This document shows, piece after piece, positions 36,764-46,775 of a stretch of DNA of 46,775 bases. The stretch is taken from assembly GCA_964609815.1 (NCBI GenBank), contig CAZSRV010000001.1:12868-59642 (forward strand), written 5' to 3'. The notes below the pieces were generated by a model. It worked only from the letters and a program-made list of their open reading frames with translations, ran no database searches and was not told where the DNA came from. The stretch's first letter is position 1. Every line of letters starts with the position of its first letter. This stretch comes from an uncultured Candidatus Saccharibacteria bacterium (GTDB lineage: Bacteria; Patescibacteriota; Saccharimonadia; Saccharimonadales; 2-12-FULL-41-12). A program made the position numbers and the translations under genes.

Positions 36764-38044
36764 ATGTTTGTAGATAAGGTACAGGTTTTTGTTAAGGCTG
36801 GCAATGGTGGTAATGGTGCAGTTAGTTTTAGGCATGAGAAGTTTATAGATAAAGGTGGTCCTGACGGCGGTGACGGCGGTGACGGCGGTGACATAATTAT
36901 TGTGGGTAGTAATCGCACGAATACTTTGGCTAATTTTCGCTACCAGAAGGAAATAAAAGCCAAAGATGGTGGTCCAGGTTCTAAGCGTAAACGTCATGGC
37001 AAATCAGCCCCAGATCTACGGGTGATGGTGCCAGTTGGGACTGTTGTGTCTGACGATAACGATCAGCAGATAGCTGACATTACTAGCGAGAACCAGGAAG
37101 TAGTGATTGCTTTTGGCGGCAAAGGTGGTTTTGGTAATGCTCATTTTACATCTAGTCGTCGGCAAACTCCACGAGTAGCCGAAAAAGGTGCTCCAGGTGA
37201 TGAATTTATGGTGACTATGGAGTTAAAGATGATTGCCGAAGTTGGTCTGGTTGGTTTGCCAAACGCTGGTAAATCAACACTTTTATCCAGAATATCAGCC
37301 GCCAAGCCAGAGATAGCTAATTACCCATTTACTACTATTAGACCGAACCTAGGTATGGCCCAAGTTAGTGATGAGAGATCGGTACTTATAGCTGATATCC
37401 CAGGTTTGATAGAGGGTGCATCAGAAGGCAAGGGATTGGGTGATGAATTCTTGCGCCACGTAGAGCGGACCAAAGTTTTAGTGCATTTGATTGACGCTTA
37501 CAATGATGATGTGAGTGATGCTTATAAAATTATCCGTAAAGAATTGGCTGATTATAAAACTGATTTATCTGCCAAGCCAGAAGTAATTGTTATTACTAAG
37601 ACAGAAAATCTTGATCAAGAAATTATAGATGACATAGTAAATCGTCTAAAGAAACAAGCTGGCAAAAGCGCCAAGATTATGGCTATTTCATCACGCAGCG
37701 GACAGGGTCTAAAAGAATTACTTTATGAAGTAGCTAGCCAAGCTGACAAGCAAAAAATCGCTGAAAGCTTAAAAGAAGAGCCAGAAGAAACTATTCCAAC
37801 TATAACTTTACCAAAGACTGACAAGGAATGGACGGTAGAAGTAGGTGATGGATATTTTGTGGTCAAGGGTAGTAAGATTGAAAGGTTTGCTGTTCAGACA
37901 AATTATGAAGGCTATGCTGGTGTAGAACGACTGCGTGATATTATGCGCAAGATGGGTATTATACACGAGCTTGAGAGGCGAGGCATAGAACCTGGCCAGC
38001 TGGTGTACTTTGGCAATGCCAAAAAACAGCATATAGAGTATTAA
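36764..38044 (+). CDS. obg: GTPase Obg/CgtA
   Basis: MFVDKVQVFVKAGNGGNGAVSFRHEKF, a Gly-rich Obg fold, G1 GLPNAGKST and G3 DIPGLIEGA. A C-terminal OCT-like domain is present. Confidence 0.93.
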   Translation: MFVDKVQVFVKAGNGGNGAVSFRHEKFIDKGGPDGGDGGDGGDIIIVGSNRTNTLANFRYQKEIKAKDGGPGSKRKRHGKSAPDLRVMVPVGTVVSDDNDQQIADITSENQEVVIAFGGKGGFGNAHFTSSRRQTPRVAEKGAPGDEFMVTMELKMIAEVGLVGLPNAGKSTLLSRISAAKPEIANYPFTTIRPNLGMAQVSDERSVLIADIPGLIEGASEGKGLGDEFLRHVERTKVLVHLIDAYNDDVSDAYKIIRKELADYKTDLSAKPEVIVITKTENLDQEIIDDIVNRLKKQAGKSAKIMAISSRSGQGLKELLYEVASQADKQKIAESLKEEPEETIPTITLPKTDKEWTVEVGDGYFVVKGSKIERFAVQTNYEGYAGVERLRDIMRKMGIIHELERRGIEPGQLVYFGNAKKQHIEY

Positions 38045-38085
38045 TCATGTTAACTTGATCCCCGTATAGGTTATAATTATTAGTA

Positions 38086-39504
38086 GTGAATTCATTCTTT
38101 TTTTATGATTTAGAAACATCTGGGATTAGCCCGAGGTCTGACCGTATCATGCAGTTTGCTGGTCAGAGGACGGACGAACAGCTAAAGCCCATAGGCGAGC
38201 CTTATAATTTCTTGATTAAATTATCTGGCGATGTTTTGCCAGACCCAGGGGCTATTTTGGTAACTGGCATAACACCACAAATGACACTAGCAGATGGCAT
38301 AACCGAGGCTGAGTTTTTTAAGATTTTTATGAACGATATAGCTGTGGCTGGTACTACTTTTGTTGGCTTTAATAATATTCGATTTGATGATGAATTTATG
38401 CGTTATGGTTTGTATCGCAACTTTTATGATCCTTATCAGTGGCAGTGGAAAGACGGTTGCAGTCGGTGGGATATACTGGATATCGTTAGATTGACTCGTG
38501 CCCTACGGCCGGGTGATATAAAATGGCCGTTTGCACCAGATGGCAAGCCAACCAATCGCCTAGAGCTTCTGACTAGCCTAAATAATATTGATCATAATTC
38601 AGCCCATGATGCCCTAAGTGATGTAAATGCTACAATAGCTGTGGCCAAGATGATAAGAGATGAACAACCTAAGTTGTTTGACTATCTATATGGCCTGAGG
38701 TCTAAAAGAGACGTAGAACGATTTGTGGGAGCAAATCCAAAATTTGTTTATGTGAGTGGGCGTTATGATAATGATAATCAAAAAATGACTGTAGTAGCAC
38801 CCTTGGGTAGTGATAGTAAAAACCAAGGTGCTTATGTGTATGATCTAAGGGTCAACCCTGATAAATATCTAAAGATGAGTCCTGAGCAACTGGCTAAAGA
38901 GTGGCAGCCAGAAGATCGTAGTCAGGCAGAATATTTTCCGGTCAAGGTTATGGCTTTTAATAAATGCCCGAGCATAGCACCAATGGGTGTTTTAAATAAT
39001 GATGCCGATGCCCAAAAAAGACTTAATATTGATATGGGCGAGATTGACGACAATCTAACTAAATTAGCTAAGGCTGAAGGTTTCTATCAGTCTGTAGTGA
39101 AAGCTCAGGAGATTACAAATAGGAAATACCAGACAGAAATGATAACCGATGAGTTTAATGTTGATAGTGCTTTATATGACTCATTTATTGGTGATGCCGA
39201 CAGGAAAGTATCTTGGGAAATTACCAAAAGTTCACCCAATAATCTAGCTAGCTACGAAGACAAACTCAAGGATCCGCGTCTAAAAATTTTGTTACCGCTG
39301 TATAAAGCTCGTAATTATTATAAAGATCTTTCGCCTGACGAGTTAGCTAATTGGGAAAGATATTGTAGCATTAAACTAAAAAATACACTGTCTAAATTTA
39401 GTGAGCAGTTTAACTACGCGTCCAATAGGCAGGGTTTGTCGTCTAACGACCAGTATTTACTAGAAGAAGTTAAGCTTTATGCCGAAAGCTTAATCAGCGA
39501 TTAG
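38086..39504 (+). CDS. sbcB: Exodeoxyribonuclease I
   Basis: GTG start. It is collinear with E. coli ExoI: FYDLETSG, ITGITPQ, GFNNIRFDDEF, YRNFYDPYQWQW, SRWDILD, HNSAHDALSDVNATIAVAK and PKLFDYL. Confidence 0.92.
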   Translation: MNSFFFYDLETSGISPRSDRIMQFAGQRTDEQLKPIGEPYNFLIKLSGDVLPDPGAILVTGITPQMTLADGITEAEFFKIFMNDIAVAGTTFVGFNNIRFDDEFMRYGLYRNFYDPYQWQWKDGCSRWDILDIVRLTRALRPGDIKWPFAPDGKPTNRLELLTSLNNIDHNSAHDALSDVNATIAVAKMIRDEQPKLFDYLYGLRSKRDVERFVGANPKFVYVSGRYDNDNQKMTVVAPLGSDSKNQGAYVYDLRVNPDKYLKMSPEQLAKEWQPEDRSQAEYFPVKVMAFNKCPSIAPMGVLNNDADAQKRLNIDMGEIDDNLTKLAKAEGFYQSVVKAQEITNRKYQTEMITDEFNVDSALYDSFIGDADRKVSWEITKSSPNNLASYEDKLKDPRLKILLPLYKARNYYKDLSPDELANWERYCSIKLKNTLSKFSEQFNYASNRQGLSSNDQYLLEEVKLYAESLISD

Positions 39505-39511
39505 TATGGTT

Positions 39512-39703
39512 TTATAAAGCGATGCTTAGGATTTCTTCTTGATGTATACGCTGTCTCTTGGTCTTAGTCGGTATAGCTACTCGGATAATTATTAGTAGTA
39601 CAGCCAAAATTATGGCTAGGAACACCATAAAAGTACTAAATTGAATGTAATAATTTGTGCCTGGGATCTGTCCCAAAACAATAAATTGTGTCATGTTTGC
39701 CAC
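39512..39703 (-). CDS. Small hypothetical membrane protein (63 aa)
   Basis: One hydrophobic helix (FSTFMVFLAIILAVLLIII) and a basic tail. No homologue recognised. Confidence 0.4.
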   Translation of the reverse strand: MANMTQFIVLGQIPGTNYYIQFSTFMVFLAIILAVLLIIIRVAIPTKTKRQRIHQEEILSIAL

Positions 39704-39765
39704 CTTCAGCGATTAGATTTAATGGCATTGTATAACAAAATTGCTATATAATCAATAATAATTTA

Positions 39766-40203
39766 TTAATGCTTACGTTTAAATAGTTTGCTTAAGTGTT
39801 TTTTGGCTCTTCCAAAACGCTTTTTGTTAACAAAAAATATAACTAGACTTAGAGTAATTAAGCCAACACATGAATCCCGCAGTATGCCATCGGGCAAGTG
39901 TAATAGTAGTAGGATTCCGACGGTTAATAAACAGATGGCCAAGATATCTAATAGCCAAGACACGGTTCGCGACGAATATATATACTTTTCGGCAATGTCT
40001 TCACCTTTGTCTCTAATCTCGTGCAAGATTTTTTGGGCCCAAGCATAGTTATTGGATAGTATACCCAGTCCTGCAAAAAATATAATAATTCCGCCCGGCC
40101 CAGGCAGTATTCCTACAAATGGCGACAAAATAATTAGACCAAATCCGAGTAAGTCTATAATTATTCTTTTTGCTATACCATGGACTTTCTTCACTAGTCC
40201 CAA
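39766..40203 (-). CDS. Small multi-TM protein, PGPGW-like
   Basis: ILPGPGGIIIFFAGLGILS motif, about 4 TM segments and a basic C-terminal tail. Confidence 0.6.
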   Translation of the reverse strand: MGLVKKVHGIAKRIIIDLLGFGLIILSPFVGILPGPGGIIIFFAGLGILSNNYAWAQKILHEIRDKGEDIAEKYIYSSRTVSWLLDILAICLLTVGILLLLHLPDGILRDSCVGLITLSLVIFFVNKKRFGRAKKHLSKLFKRKH

Positions 40204-40275
40204 TCATAACACATCAGCCCTAATAACCGCTGACAGTTGCCCTAGTTAGAAACTAAAAGTATTATTAGGAGTGTC

Positions 40276-40893
40276 ATGAAGATAATACTAGCCTCTACTT
40301 CGCCTAGGCGTATCCAAATGATGAAGTGGTTGAGGATTACTTTTAATGCTGTTAGCCCAGAAGTTGACGAAATGCTTATTAGGCATTCGTCCCCGAGGGA
40401 ACTAACTCGTCTACTTGCTGAGGCTAAAGCTGTGGCACTGCAGAGTAATTACAAAGATGCAGTTATTATAGGCTCTGACGCTGTAGTGAGTTTTAAAGGT
40501 AATATACTTGAGAAGCCTAACAGTAAAGAAGAGCAACGCAAGATGATTAATTTACAAAAGGGTAAGGAGGCTGAAGTTTATTCGTCAGTCTGTGTTATTA
40601 ATACGACTACTGGTAAAAAGATTATCAAAACCAAAGTTACTCCCTATAAAATGGCTACACCTACTGATAAACGAATTGAAGACTATATAGAGTCTGGTAG
40701 TGGTATGGACAAAGCTGGTGGTTACGGACAACAAGATGAGGGCGGGTTGTTCGTTGATAGTATTAATGGATGCTACACAAATGCCATTGGTTTTCCGCTG
40801 TGTGAGGTTGCAGAATTGCTAGAAAAGGCAGGAGTAAATATTAATACGGATATCAAGAGTGTAGTAATGAGAAATATCGGAAAAGAGTGTTAG
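40276..40893 (+). CDS. maf: Maf-family nucleoside triphosphate pyrophosphatase
   Basis: IILASTSPRR, VDE, IIGSDAVV, KAGGYGQQD. Confidence 0.88.
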   Translation: MKIILASTSPRRIQMMKWLRITFNAVSPEVDEMLIRHSSPRELTRLLAEAKAVALQSNYKDAVIIGSDAVVSFKGNILEKPNSKEEQRKMINLQKGKEAEVYSSVCVINTTTGKKIIKTKVTPYKMATPTDKRIEDYIESGSGMDKAGGYGQQDEGGLFVDSINGCYTNAIGFPLCEVAELLEKAGVNINTDIKSVVMRNIGKEC

Positions 40894-41219
40894 AAAATGA
40901 ACTTATCTCTGGTAAATTAAAGAAGTTTTGTGACGTGAAACTTTTCAAAATATTGACTATTACGCTAATTGATAGTATTCTTCAAGAATATTAAATCACC
41001 TAAAACCATATGAGTATTCGCTTTTGTTAACTGTCATACTTTAAGATTGGTTATTGTCTGTCTGATGTTTTAATTTAAATAATTAAGACCTCTTTCAGCC
41101 TATTAGTTAGTTGTTATAAATAGTTATTGTACTAAGGATTTTAGTAGAAGTCAGAAAATATACCCGGACCCACTGACTAGTTTTGGTGGTTGGGCGGTCC
41201 AACCGTAGCTCACGCACTA

Positions 41220-41248
41220 CTGATAAAAATCTGATTTTCTGGTATAAT
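41220..41248 (+). promoter_or_regulatory. Putative uvrA promoter
   Basis: CTGATA, a 17-nt spacer and TGG-TATAAT (extended -10). The -10 ends only 8 nt before the GTG start. Confidence 0.35.
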
Positions 41249-41256
41249 TGTAGGCT

Positions 41257-44070
41257 GTGAGTGACTATATAAGTATTAAAGGTGCCAGGGAGCACAATTT
41301 AAAGAACGTATCTGTTGAGATACCTAGAAATAAGCTGGTAGTGATTACTGGCTTGTCTGGTTCTGGTAAATCGTCACTAGCTTTTGACACTATTTATGCT
41401 GAGGGTCAGCGTCGTTATGTAGAAAGCCTGAGTGCTTATGCACGGCAATTCTTGGGACTTATGGAAAAGCCTGATGTGGACCAGATTGATGGCCTAAGTC
41501 CGGCAATTAGTATTGATCAGAAGTCTACATCACGCAATCCGCGTAGTACCGTAGCCACAGTTACAGAGATTTATGATTATTTGAGGTTGTTGTATGCCCG
41601 AGTTGGAGTGCCGCATTGTTATATTTGTGGCAAAAAAGTGGCTCGTCAGACCCAAACCATGATAACCGACCAGATTAATGAAACCTATCCTAATAAAAAA
41701 TTGATGATTATGGCACCGGTGGTAATCGCTAAAAAAGGTCAGTTTGAGCATATTCCAGAACAGTTTAGGAGACTAGGGTATGCCAGGGCTAGGGTTGATG
41801 GTGTGATTTATGCTTTGGACGAATGGCCGGAGTTGGACAAGAATCATAAACATAGTATAGAGATTGTAGTAGACAGGCTGGTTAACGACAAGGACAGTCA
41901 GGGTCGTTTAAGCCAGAGCGTTGAACAAGCGCTAGGTCTAGCTGATGGTAAATTGGTAGTTGTATCGGCTGATGACGAGACAGAGCAAAGAATTAGTTTG
42001 CAGTTTGCTTGCGATGATCATCCAGAGATCGTTATTCCTGATCTAGAGCCACGGACTTTTAGTTTTAATAGTCCTTTTGGTGCCTGTATAACTTGTACAG
42101 GTTTGGGCAGTCGGCTGGAAGTGGATCCTGAGCTGGTTATTCCTAATGGTCGGCTAACTATTGCTGAAGGTGCAATTAGACCGTTTAACAGAGTAAATTC
42201 CGATGCTTGGTATATGAAGAAAATGCAGGCTGTGGCTGACAGATACGGTTTTAGTTTGCATGTACCGACTGGCGAACTAAAAGCTGATTCGCTGGATAAG
42301 ATTTTATATGGTACAGGCGAGGAAGTTTATCAAATTCGTCTAGGTAACGGCCGAGTTTTTGATAGCACATACGAAGGTGTTATACCTAATCTGGAGCGTC
42401 GCTGGAAGGAAACTGACAGTGATTTTATGCGCCGCGACATAGAACGTTTTATGCAAGAAAGGCCTTGTCATGCTTGCAAAGGCCGACGTTTGAAACCAGA
42501 AGTGCTAGCCATAACTATAAATGGTCAGTCAATTATGGATGCCTGTGAATTGTCTATCAATGAGGCTATAAAGTTTTTTGAGGCACTAAAGCTTTCCGAC
42601 AATGAGCAGAAGATTGCTCACCAGATATTAAAAGAAATTAATGCTCGCCTGAAATTCCTAAAAGACGTTGGGCTACATTATCTAAATTTGCTTAGAAGTG
42701 CTGTTAGCCTGTCTGGTGGCGAGGCACAGAGAATTCGATTAGCAACTCAGATTGGCTCAGGTTTGCAGGGGGTTCTGTATGTTTTGGACGAGCCTAGCAT
42801 AGGCCTACATCAGCGTGATAATGAGAAATTGATCAGTACACTAAAGCATTTGCGTGATTTAGGTAATACGGTACTGGTCGTTGAGCATGACGAAGAAACG
42901 ATCCGAGTATCGGATTATGTGTTAGACGTGGGGCCGGGGGCCGGGATTCATGGAGGGACTATAGTAGCTGAAGGCACGCCTACTCAGGTTGAAAAAAATC
43001 CAAAAAGTGTAACCGGCCAGTATTTAAGTGGCAAGAAATCAATTGCTGTTCCAGTCAAGCGTCGTCAGGGGAATGGCAAAAAACTAACAATAGTCGGTGC
43101 CCAGGAAAATAACCTAAAAAATATTACAGTTGACATCCCTTTGGGCGAACTCGTGGTTGTTAGTGGTGTTTCGGGCTCAGGTAAGTCTAGTTTAATAAAT
43201 GATATTTTATCTAAAGAGCTGCTAGCAAGATTAATGCGGGCACATACAAATCCAGGTCGTCATGACGAAGTTCGTGGCATAAAAGAACTAGATAAAGTTA
43301 TTGTTATAGATCAGTCACCAATTGGTCGCACGCCGAGATCTAATCCGGCGACTTATACTGGATTATTTACGCCAATTCGTGAGCTATTTGCTGGTTTGCC
43401 AGAGGCTAAGATTCGCGGTTATACTCCGGGGCGATTTAGTTTTAATGTGCGTGGTGGACGTTGCGAGAACTGCCAGGGTGATGGAATTATAAAGATAGAG
43501 ATGCACTTTTTGCCCGATGTTTATATAGCCTGTGATGAATGTGCTGGTAAACGTTATAACCGCGAGGCACTTGAGATACGCTACAAAGGCAAGAGTATCA
43601 GTGATGTTTTGAGCATGACCTGCGACCAAGCGTTGGAATTCTTTGAGAATATACCAGGTATTGCCCGCAAACTTCAGATTTTGGTAGATGTGGGCTTGGG
43701 TTATATAAGCTTGGGCCAATCAGCAACTACGCTGTCTGGTGGCGAAGCTCAACGTATAAAACTAGCTACTGAGCTGTCTAGGCGCCCGACTGGTCGTACA
43801 CTGTATGTTTTGGACGAGCCAACTACGGGGCTTCATATAGCCGATGTTGATAAACTTCTTAGTGTCCTGCACAAACTAGTTGATACAGGCAATAGTATGA
43901 TTGTAATTGAGCATAATCTAGATGTTATTAAATCAGCTGATCATATAATTGATATGGGTCCAGAAGGTGGCTCTGGTGGAGGTCAAGTAGTGGCCGAAGG
44001 TACACCAGAACAGGTTGCTAAGAGTCATGGTAGTCATACCGGCAGATACTTGAAAGAGGTTTTGAAATAA
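41257..44070 (+). CDS. uvrA: Excinuclease ABC subunit A
   Basis: Two ABC modules ([14 protein letters not shown] and [10 protein letters not shown], each with an LSGGEAQRI signature) and zinc modules (CxxC pairs). The N-terminus is [12 protein letters not shown]. Confidence 0.96.
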   Translation: MSDYISIKGAREHNLKNVSVEIPRNKLVVITGLSGSGKSSLAFDTIYAEGQRRYVESLSAYARQFLGLMEKPDVDQIDGLSPAISIDQKSTSRNPRSTVATVTEIYDYLRLLYARVGVPHCYICGKKVARQTQTMITDQINETYPNKKLMIMAPVVIAKKGQFEHIPEQFRRLGYARARVDGVIYALDEWPELDKNHKHSIEIVVDRLVNDKDSQGRLSQSVEQALGLADGKLVVVSADDETEQRISLQFACDDHPEIVIPDLEPRTFSFNSPFGACITCTGLGSRLEVDPELVIPNGRLTIAEGAIRPFNRVNSDAWYMKKMQAVADRYGFSLHVPTGELKADSLDKILYGTGEEVYQIRLGNGRVFDSTYEGVIPNLERRWKETDSDFMRRDIERFMQERPCHACKGRRLKPEVLAITINGQSIMDACELSINEAIKFFEALKLSDNEQKIAHQILKEINARLKFLKDVGLHYLNLLRSAVSLSGGEAQRIRLATQIGSGLQGVLYVLDEPSIGLHQRDNEKLISTLKHLRDLGNTVLVVEHDEETIRVSDYVLDVGPGAGIHGGTIVAEGTPTQVEKNPKSVTGQYLSGKKSIAVPVKRRQGNGKKLTIVGAQENNLKNITVDIPLGELVVVSGVSGSGKSSLINDILSKELLARLMRAHTNPGRHDEVRGIKELDKVIVIDQSPIGRTPRSNPATYTGLFTPIRELFAGLPEAKIRGYTPGRFSFNVRGGRCENCQGDGIIKIEMHFLPDVYIACDECAGKRYNREALEIRYKGKSISDVLSMTCDQALEFFENIPGIARKLQILVDVGLGYISLGQSATTLSGGEAQRIKLATELSRRPTGRTLYVLDEPTTGLHIADVDKLLSVLHKLVDTGNSMIVIEHNLDVIKSADHIIDMGPEGGSGGGQVVAEGTPEQVAKSHGSHTGRYLKEVLK

Positions 44071-44576
44071 TGAAACCTGAACGACTAGAACAAGCTCCTC
44101 AAGTGCCTGAATATTTAGATCCTAAAAAGGTCTTGGTCCGACAGTTAGAAACTAGGTTGGACCAAACGGAGGATCAACTACTAGAAGTCTTGTTAACTCC
44201 TGGGCATAGTATGGATGAAGAAAATAAAGCTTCTTTAGAATTTGGACTAAACTATTATGTGTATTGGAAGACCGTAAATGATTATCGTTCAGATCATGCT
44301 CTTGAGTGGTTAAAAGATGCTAGATCAGAAATTGGTCGTTATGTAGCTGCTAAGCCAAGGGATTCCCATGCTGAAGTACTAAGGGACACAATATTTTTTA
44401 TGCCAGCGCCGAAGAATCCAAAGAATAAAATAATTCTCAGTACTCATTATTCTAAGGAATACGCCGATATCGATATTAACCGTTATATACTTGGCCATGT
44501 TCGTGATGCTAGAAAGCGCGCAGTGGGGCCAATCGGTCAAGCTTATTTAGATGGCCAAATTACCATTAAATCTTAA
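44070..44576 (+). CDS. Hypothetical protein (168 aa)
   Basis: The ATG overlaps the uvrA TAA (TAATG). No motif recognised. Confidence 0.55.
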   Translation: MKPERLEQAPQVPEYLDPKKVLVRQLETRLDQTEDQLLEVLLTPGHSMDEENKASLEFGLNYYVYWKTVNDYRSDHALEWLKDARSEIGRYVAAKPRDSHAEVLRDTIFFMPAPKNPKNKIILSTHYSKEYADIDINRYILGHVRDARKRAVGPIGQAYLDGQITIKS

Positions 44577-45247
44577 GAAGATTTAGATTTATTAAACATA
44601 TTTTTGATTTTCTTTAGGATTAATTGCCTAGACTCGGTATTGCCGAGTACATGGTAAATAGCTGGCGCAAAGCTTAATATCATTACTGCAATGACTATTG
44701 GGAAGATGTAGCTATCTAGATTAGGGATTTTACTACCAAAGTAATACCCTATCAGTGTTACGCTTGCTCCCCATAAGATCGCGCCGGCAATATTATAAAA
44801 CGTAAAAGTTCGCATATTCATCTTGCCGACTCCGGCTACAACTGGTGCAAAAGTACGAACTATTGGTATAAATCTGGCAAACATTATAGTTTTGCCGCCA
44901 TGTTTTTCATAAAAATCCTCAGATTTTTGTATATACTCTTGCTTGAATAGTATACCATCCTGTTTTTTAAAGACTTTGGGGCCATATTTTTGGCCTATGT
45001 AGTATCCGGCTTGGGCGCCTAATATAGCGGAGATAATGATTGTCAAAATAGCTGCAGTTAGGGATAGATCGCCTTTGGCAGCAATGACACCAGTTAGTAA
45101 TAACAATGTGTCGCCCGGAAAGAAAAACCCAAACAGTAATCCGCATTCTGCAAATACTATAAAGGCTATCAAGATTAAGCCACCGGCAACTATCTTCTCT
45201 GGACTAACTATATCCAAGGCCGCAAAATATAAAAAATCTAAAATCAC
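44573..45247 (-). CDS. DedA-family (SNARE-associated) membrane protein
   Basis: FFFPGDTLLL motif, FARFIPIVRTFAPVVAGV, and about 5 TM helices. Confidence 0.85.
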   Translation of the reverse strand: MILDFLYFAALDIVSPEKIVAGGLILIAFIVFAECGLLFGFFFPGDTLLLLTGVIAAKGDLSLTAAILTIIISAILGAQAGYYIGQKYGPKVFKKQDGILFKQEYIQKSEDFYEKHGGKTIMFARFIPIVRTFAPVVAGVGKMNMRTFTFYNIAGAILWGASVTLIGYYFGSKIPNLDSYIFPIVIAVMILSFAPAIYHVLGNTESRQLILKKIKNMFNKSKSS

Positions 45248-45353
45248 TAGAGTTTATTATAGCACTTCGCGGCTTCTAAATATCTAGCGATTATCTCATT
45301 TGTGCTCAAAATGTTATAATATAACTACAAAAGTAAACAGTAGTGAGGGAATT

Positions 45354-46022
45354 ATGACTGAAGGATTGAAGTTAAAAGCCAAAAAGCGTGATCTTAACAA
45401 AGATAAAAGTAGCCATTTGCGCAAGCTAGGTAATATGCCGGCCGTTATTCATGATCATGGTAAAGATTCGCATCATATTGTGATTGATGAGGCTGAATTA
45501 AAGAAGATTTATGCTGATGCTGGCAAGCACTCTACTATTGAGCTTGATGTAGATAGTAAAAAATTTACAACTTTAATAAAAGAGGTGACTTATAAGCCGG
45601 CAACTACCAAAGCTTATCATGTGGTTTTTCAGTCCGTTAAGGCTAATGAAAAAGTTACAGCCGAAGTTCCAATTCATATGAGCGAAGATATCCCGGCCGA
45701 GAAGGCTAGTTTGTTAGTTGTGACTGGCATAGACCACGTTGAAGTTGAGGCTCTGCCAAAAGATTTGATTGATTTTTTGAGTGTGGACGCATCGGCTCTA
45801 GCCGAGGCTGGCGATAAAATAACAGTTGCTGATATTAAAGTACCATCGGGCGTGGTTATCAAGACTGACCCAGAGGCAGTTATAGCTCATGTAGAAATTC
45901 CAAAAGACCAGATTGCTGAAGCTGATGCTGCGGCTGCTGAGCTGGCTAGCGATAGCGGTAAACCAGTTGCCGAAGAAAATTCAGATGATGAAGCATCACC
46001 TGAAGAATCTAAGGCTGAATAA
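45354..46022 (+). CDS. rplY: 50S ribosomal protein L25 / general stress protein Ctc form
   Basis: The ATG at 45354 lies after GAGGGA. Motifs include RKLGNMPAVIH and HVVFQSV, and the protein has an acidic C-terminal tail. The longer track ORF adds 18 implausible residues. Confidence 0.85.
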   Translation: MTEGLKLKAKKRDLNKDKSSHLRKLGNMPAVIHDHGKDSHHIVIDEAELKKIYADAGKHSTIELDVDSKKFTTLIKEVTYKPATTKAYHVVFQSVKANEKVTAEVPIHMSEDIPAEKASLLVVTGIDHVEVEALPKDLIDFLSVDASALAEAGDKITVADIKVPSGVVIKTDPEAVIAHVEIPKDQIAEADAAAAELASDSGKPVAEENSDDEASPEESKAE

Positions 46023-46035
46023 CGCCTCCAGAGGG

Positions 46036-46245
46036 TTATTCTTCTAGAAATCCACCTGATTGATGTGTCCAGAGATTAGAATAGATATTCTTATTTGCTA
46101 GTAGTTGTTTATGATTGCCATCTTCAGCTATCACGCCGTTACTAAGTACTATTATTCGGTCCATGTTTTGGATTGTGCTTAGACGATGGGCGATGACAAT
46201 TGTTGTACGGCCTTTCATTAGTTCCTTTAGAGCCTTAAAATTCAA
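46036..46245 (-). pseudogene. Remnant of the 3' end of an ABC exporter ATPase gene
   Basis: It encodes only the last approximately 69 residues of an MsbA-type NBD ([39 protein letters not shown]). Walker A, the ABC signature, Walker B and the TM domain are absent. Its only start is a TTG. Confidence 0.55.
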
Positions 46246-46251
46246 GACCCT

Positions 46252-46775
46252 TTAGATTAATAATTTTGGCTGGACAGGCAAGCTTCTGACGATGTTTTCG
46301 AAATGTCCAATATTTTCTTGAGTGATAAGCAATCTTGGAGCTAAAAACTGCCCATTATCCAAGGCTGCATCACACGTGTAGATGCGACGGTATATGCTCT
46401 GTATGGATTGGTAGATAACCTCCTGATTATAGAGCCCATAGGGTAAGACGAAAAATGCGGGTAGTCGGCCTGTGATGGAATTAAGGTATTTTCCAGACTC
46501 GACAAGCTGATATTTAACTTCTTGAGTAGACAATGTATTATTTTTACCATATGGCATACCTCTATAAATACCATCCTCCGGCGCTGGCTCGAGTGCTCCA
46601 TCTTTGAATATAGCGAGTGCTGCATGAGAAACGCCGTGGGAGTCAATGGAGAATCCTTTTCTTGAAAGCAGTACGATATCTGTTTCTGTGAGTCTATTCG
46701 GCTTACCAATATAGTTGGTAATGATTGCCAGATGTATATTCTCGTTACTAACACCGAATTCGATGTCCTCTACTG
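46252..46775 (-). CDS. Polysaccharide deacetylase (NodB-homology) family protein, 5'-partial
   Basis: One frame is open from the right edge to the stop at 46252-46254. It reads ...SRKGFSIDSHGVSHAAL...GMPYGKNN...FFVLPYGLYN. The track shows only the part from an internal Met onward. Confidence 0.7.
   Translation of the reverse strand, partial: VEDIEFGVSNENIHLAIITNYIGKPNRLTETDIVLLSRKGFSIDSHGVSHAALAIFKDGALEPAPEDGIYRGMPYGKNNTLSTQEVKYQLVESGKYLNSITGRLPAFFVLPYGLYNQEVIYQSIQSIYRRIYTCDAALDNGQFLAPRLLITQENIGHFENIVRSLPVQPKLLI

Noticed and set aside
36863-36892. Tandem 9-nt repeat GACGGCGGT x3 inside obg.
   Set aside because: It encodes the GGDGGDGGDGGD part of the glycine-rich Obg fold, which is a normal feature of this family. 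It is not a CRISPR array or a regulatory repeat.
41184-41215. tRNA-like 3' end on the minus strand (...GGTTGGACCGCCCAACCACCA).
   Set aside because: Only a CCA-terminated GC-rich stub is present. The 50 nt upstream are AT-rich and cannot form D, anticodon or T arms. It also does not match the ssrA 3' end, so an att-site remnant is unsupported.
41107-41295. 62-aa minus-strand ORF overlapping the uvrA start.
   Set aside because: It overlaps the conserved uvrA N-terminus and its promoter. It has no Shine-Dalgarno sequence and no motif.
46341-46754. 137-aa minus-strand ORF from the track.
   Set aside because: A different minus-strand frame is open across the whole interval to the window edge. 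That frame carries NodB-type motifs (DSHGVSHAAL, LPYG), so this ORF is an out-of-frame shadow.

Overview
The window looks like a chromosomal segment from a small-genome bacterium that uses the standard genetic code (TGA terminates full-length homologues). Genes are short and tightly packed with reduced domain architectures. This resembles CPR/Patescibacteria, possibly Saccharibacteria-like, but that is inference only.

Most of the window is housekeeping:
- a MacB/FtsX-type ABC pair
- a tmRNA that is not visible in the ORF track
- metG, tatD and a cysteine desulfurase
- an F-type ATPase operon (b, delta, alpha, gamma, beta, epsilon)
- mnmA, alaS, ftsA, ruvX/yqgF, mltG and a LysM-CHAP hydrolase
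- obg, sbcB, maf, uvrA, a dedA-family gene and rplY/ctc

Four regions deserve a second look:
1. 10.4-16.6 kb: the ATPase operon has no a or c subunit gene. It is led by a secreted-domain protein whose C-terminal hairpin resembles a c subunit without the ion-binding carboxylate.
2. 8.6-10.4 kb: a two-gene unit with its own promoter. It encodes a 62-aa bipartite acidic peptide coupled to an asparagine-synthetase-like enzyme without the glutaminase cysteine. This is RiPP-like but has no lasso B protease.
3. 18.8-26.6 kb: a surface-protein locus with four paralogous Sec-secreted proteins that all end in F or Y. It also has a membrane-anchored two-Ig-domain (DUF916/DUF3324-like) protein and a PKD-domain protein. 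It contains an apparently perfect 1.27-kb tandem duplication, split by a 624-bp cassette flanked by 30-bp direct repeats.
4. Several non-coding elements: exact DnaA-box 9-mers, 10-bp phased TTTTCAC repeats, long palindromes around a class II Fic gene, and a probable AUU start codon.

No CRISPR array, rRNA, tRNA, integrase or transposase was recognised.
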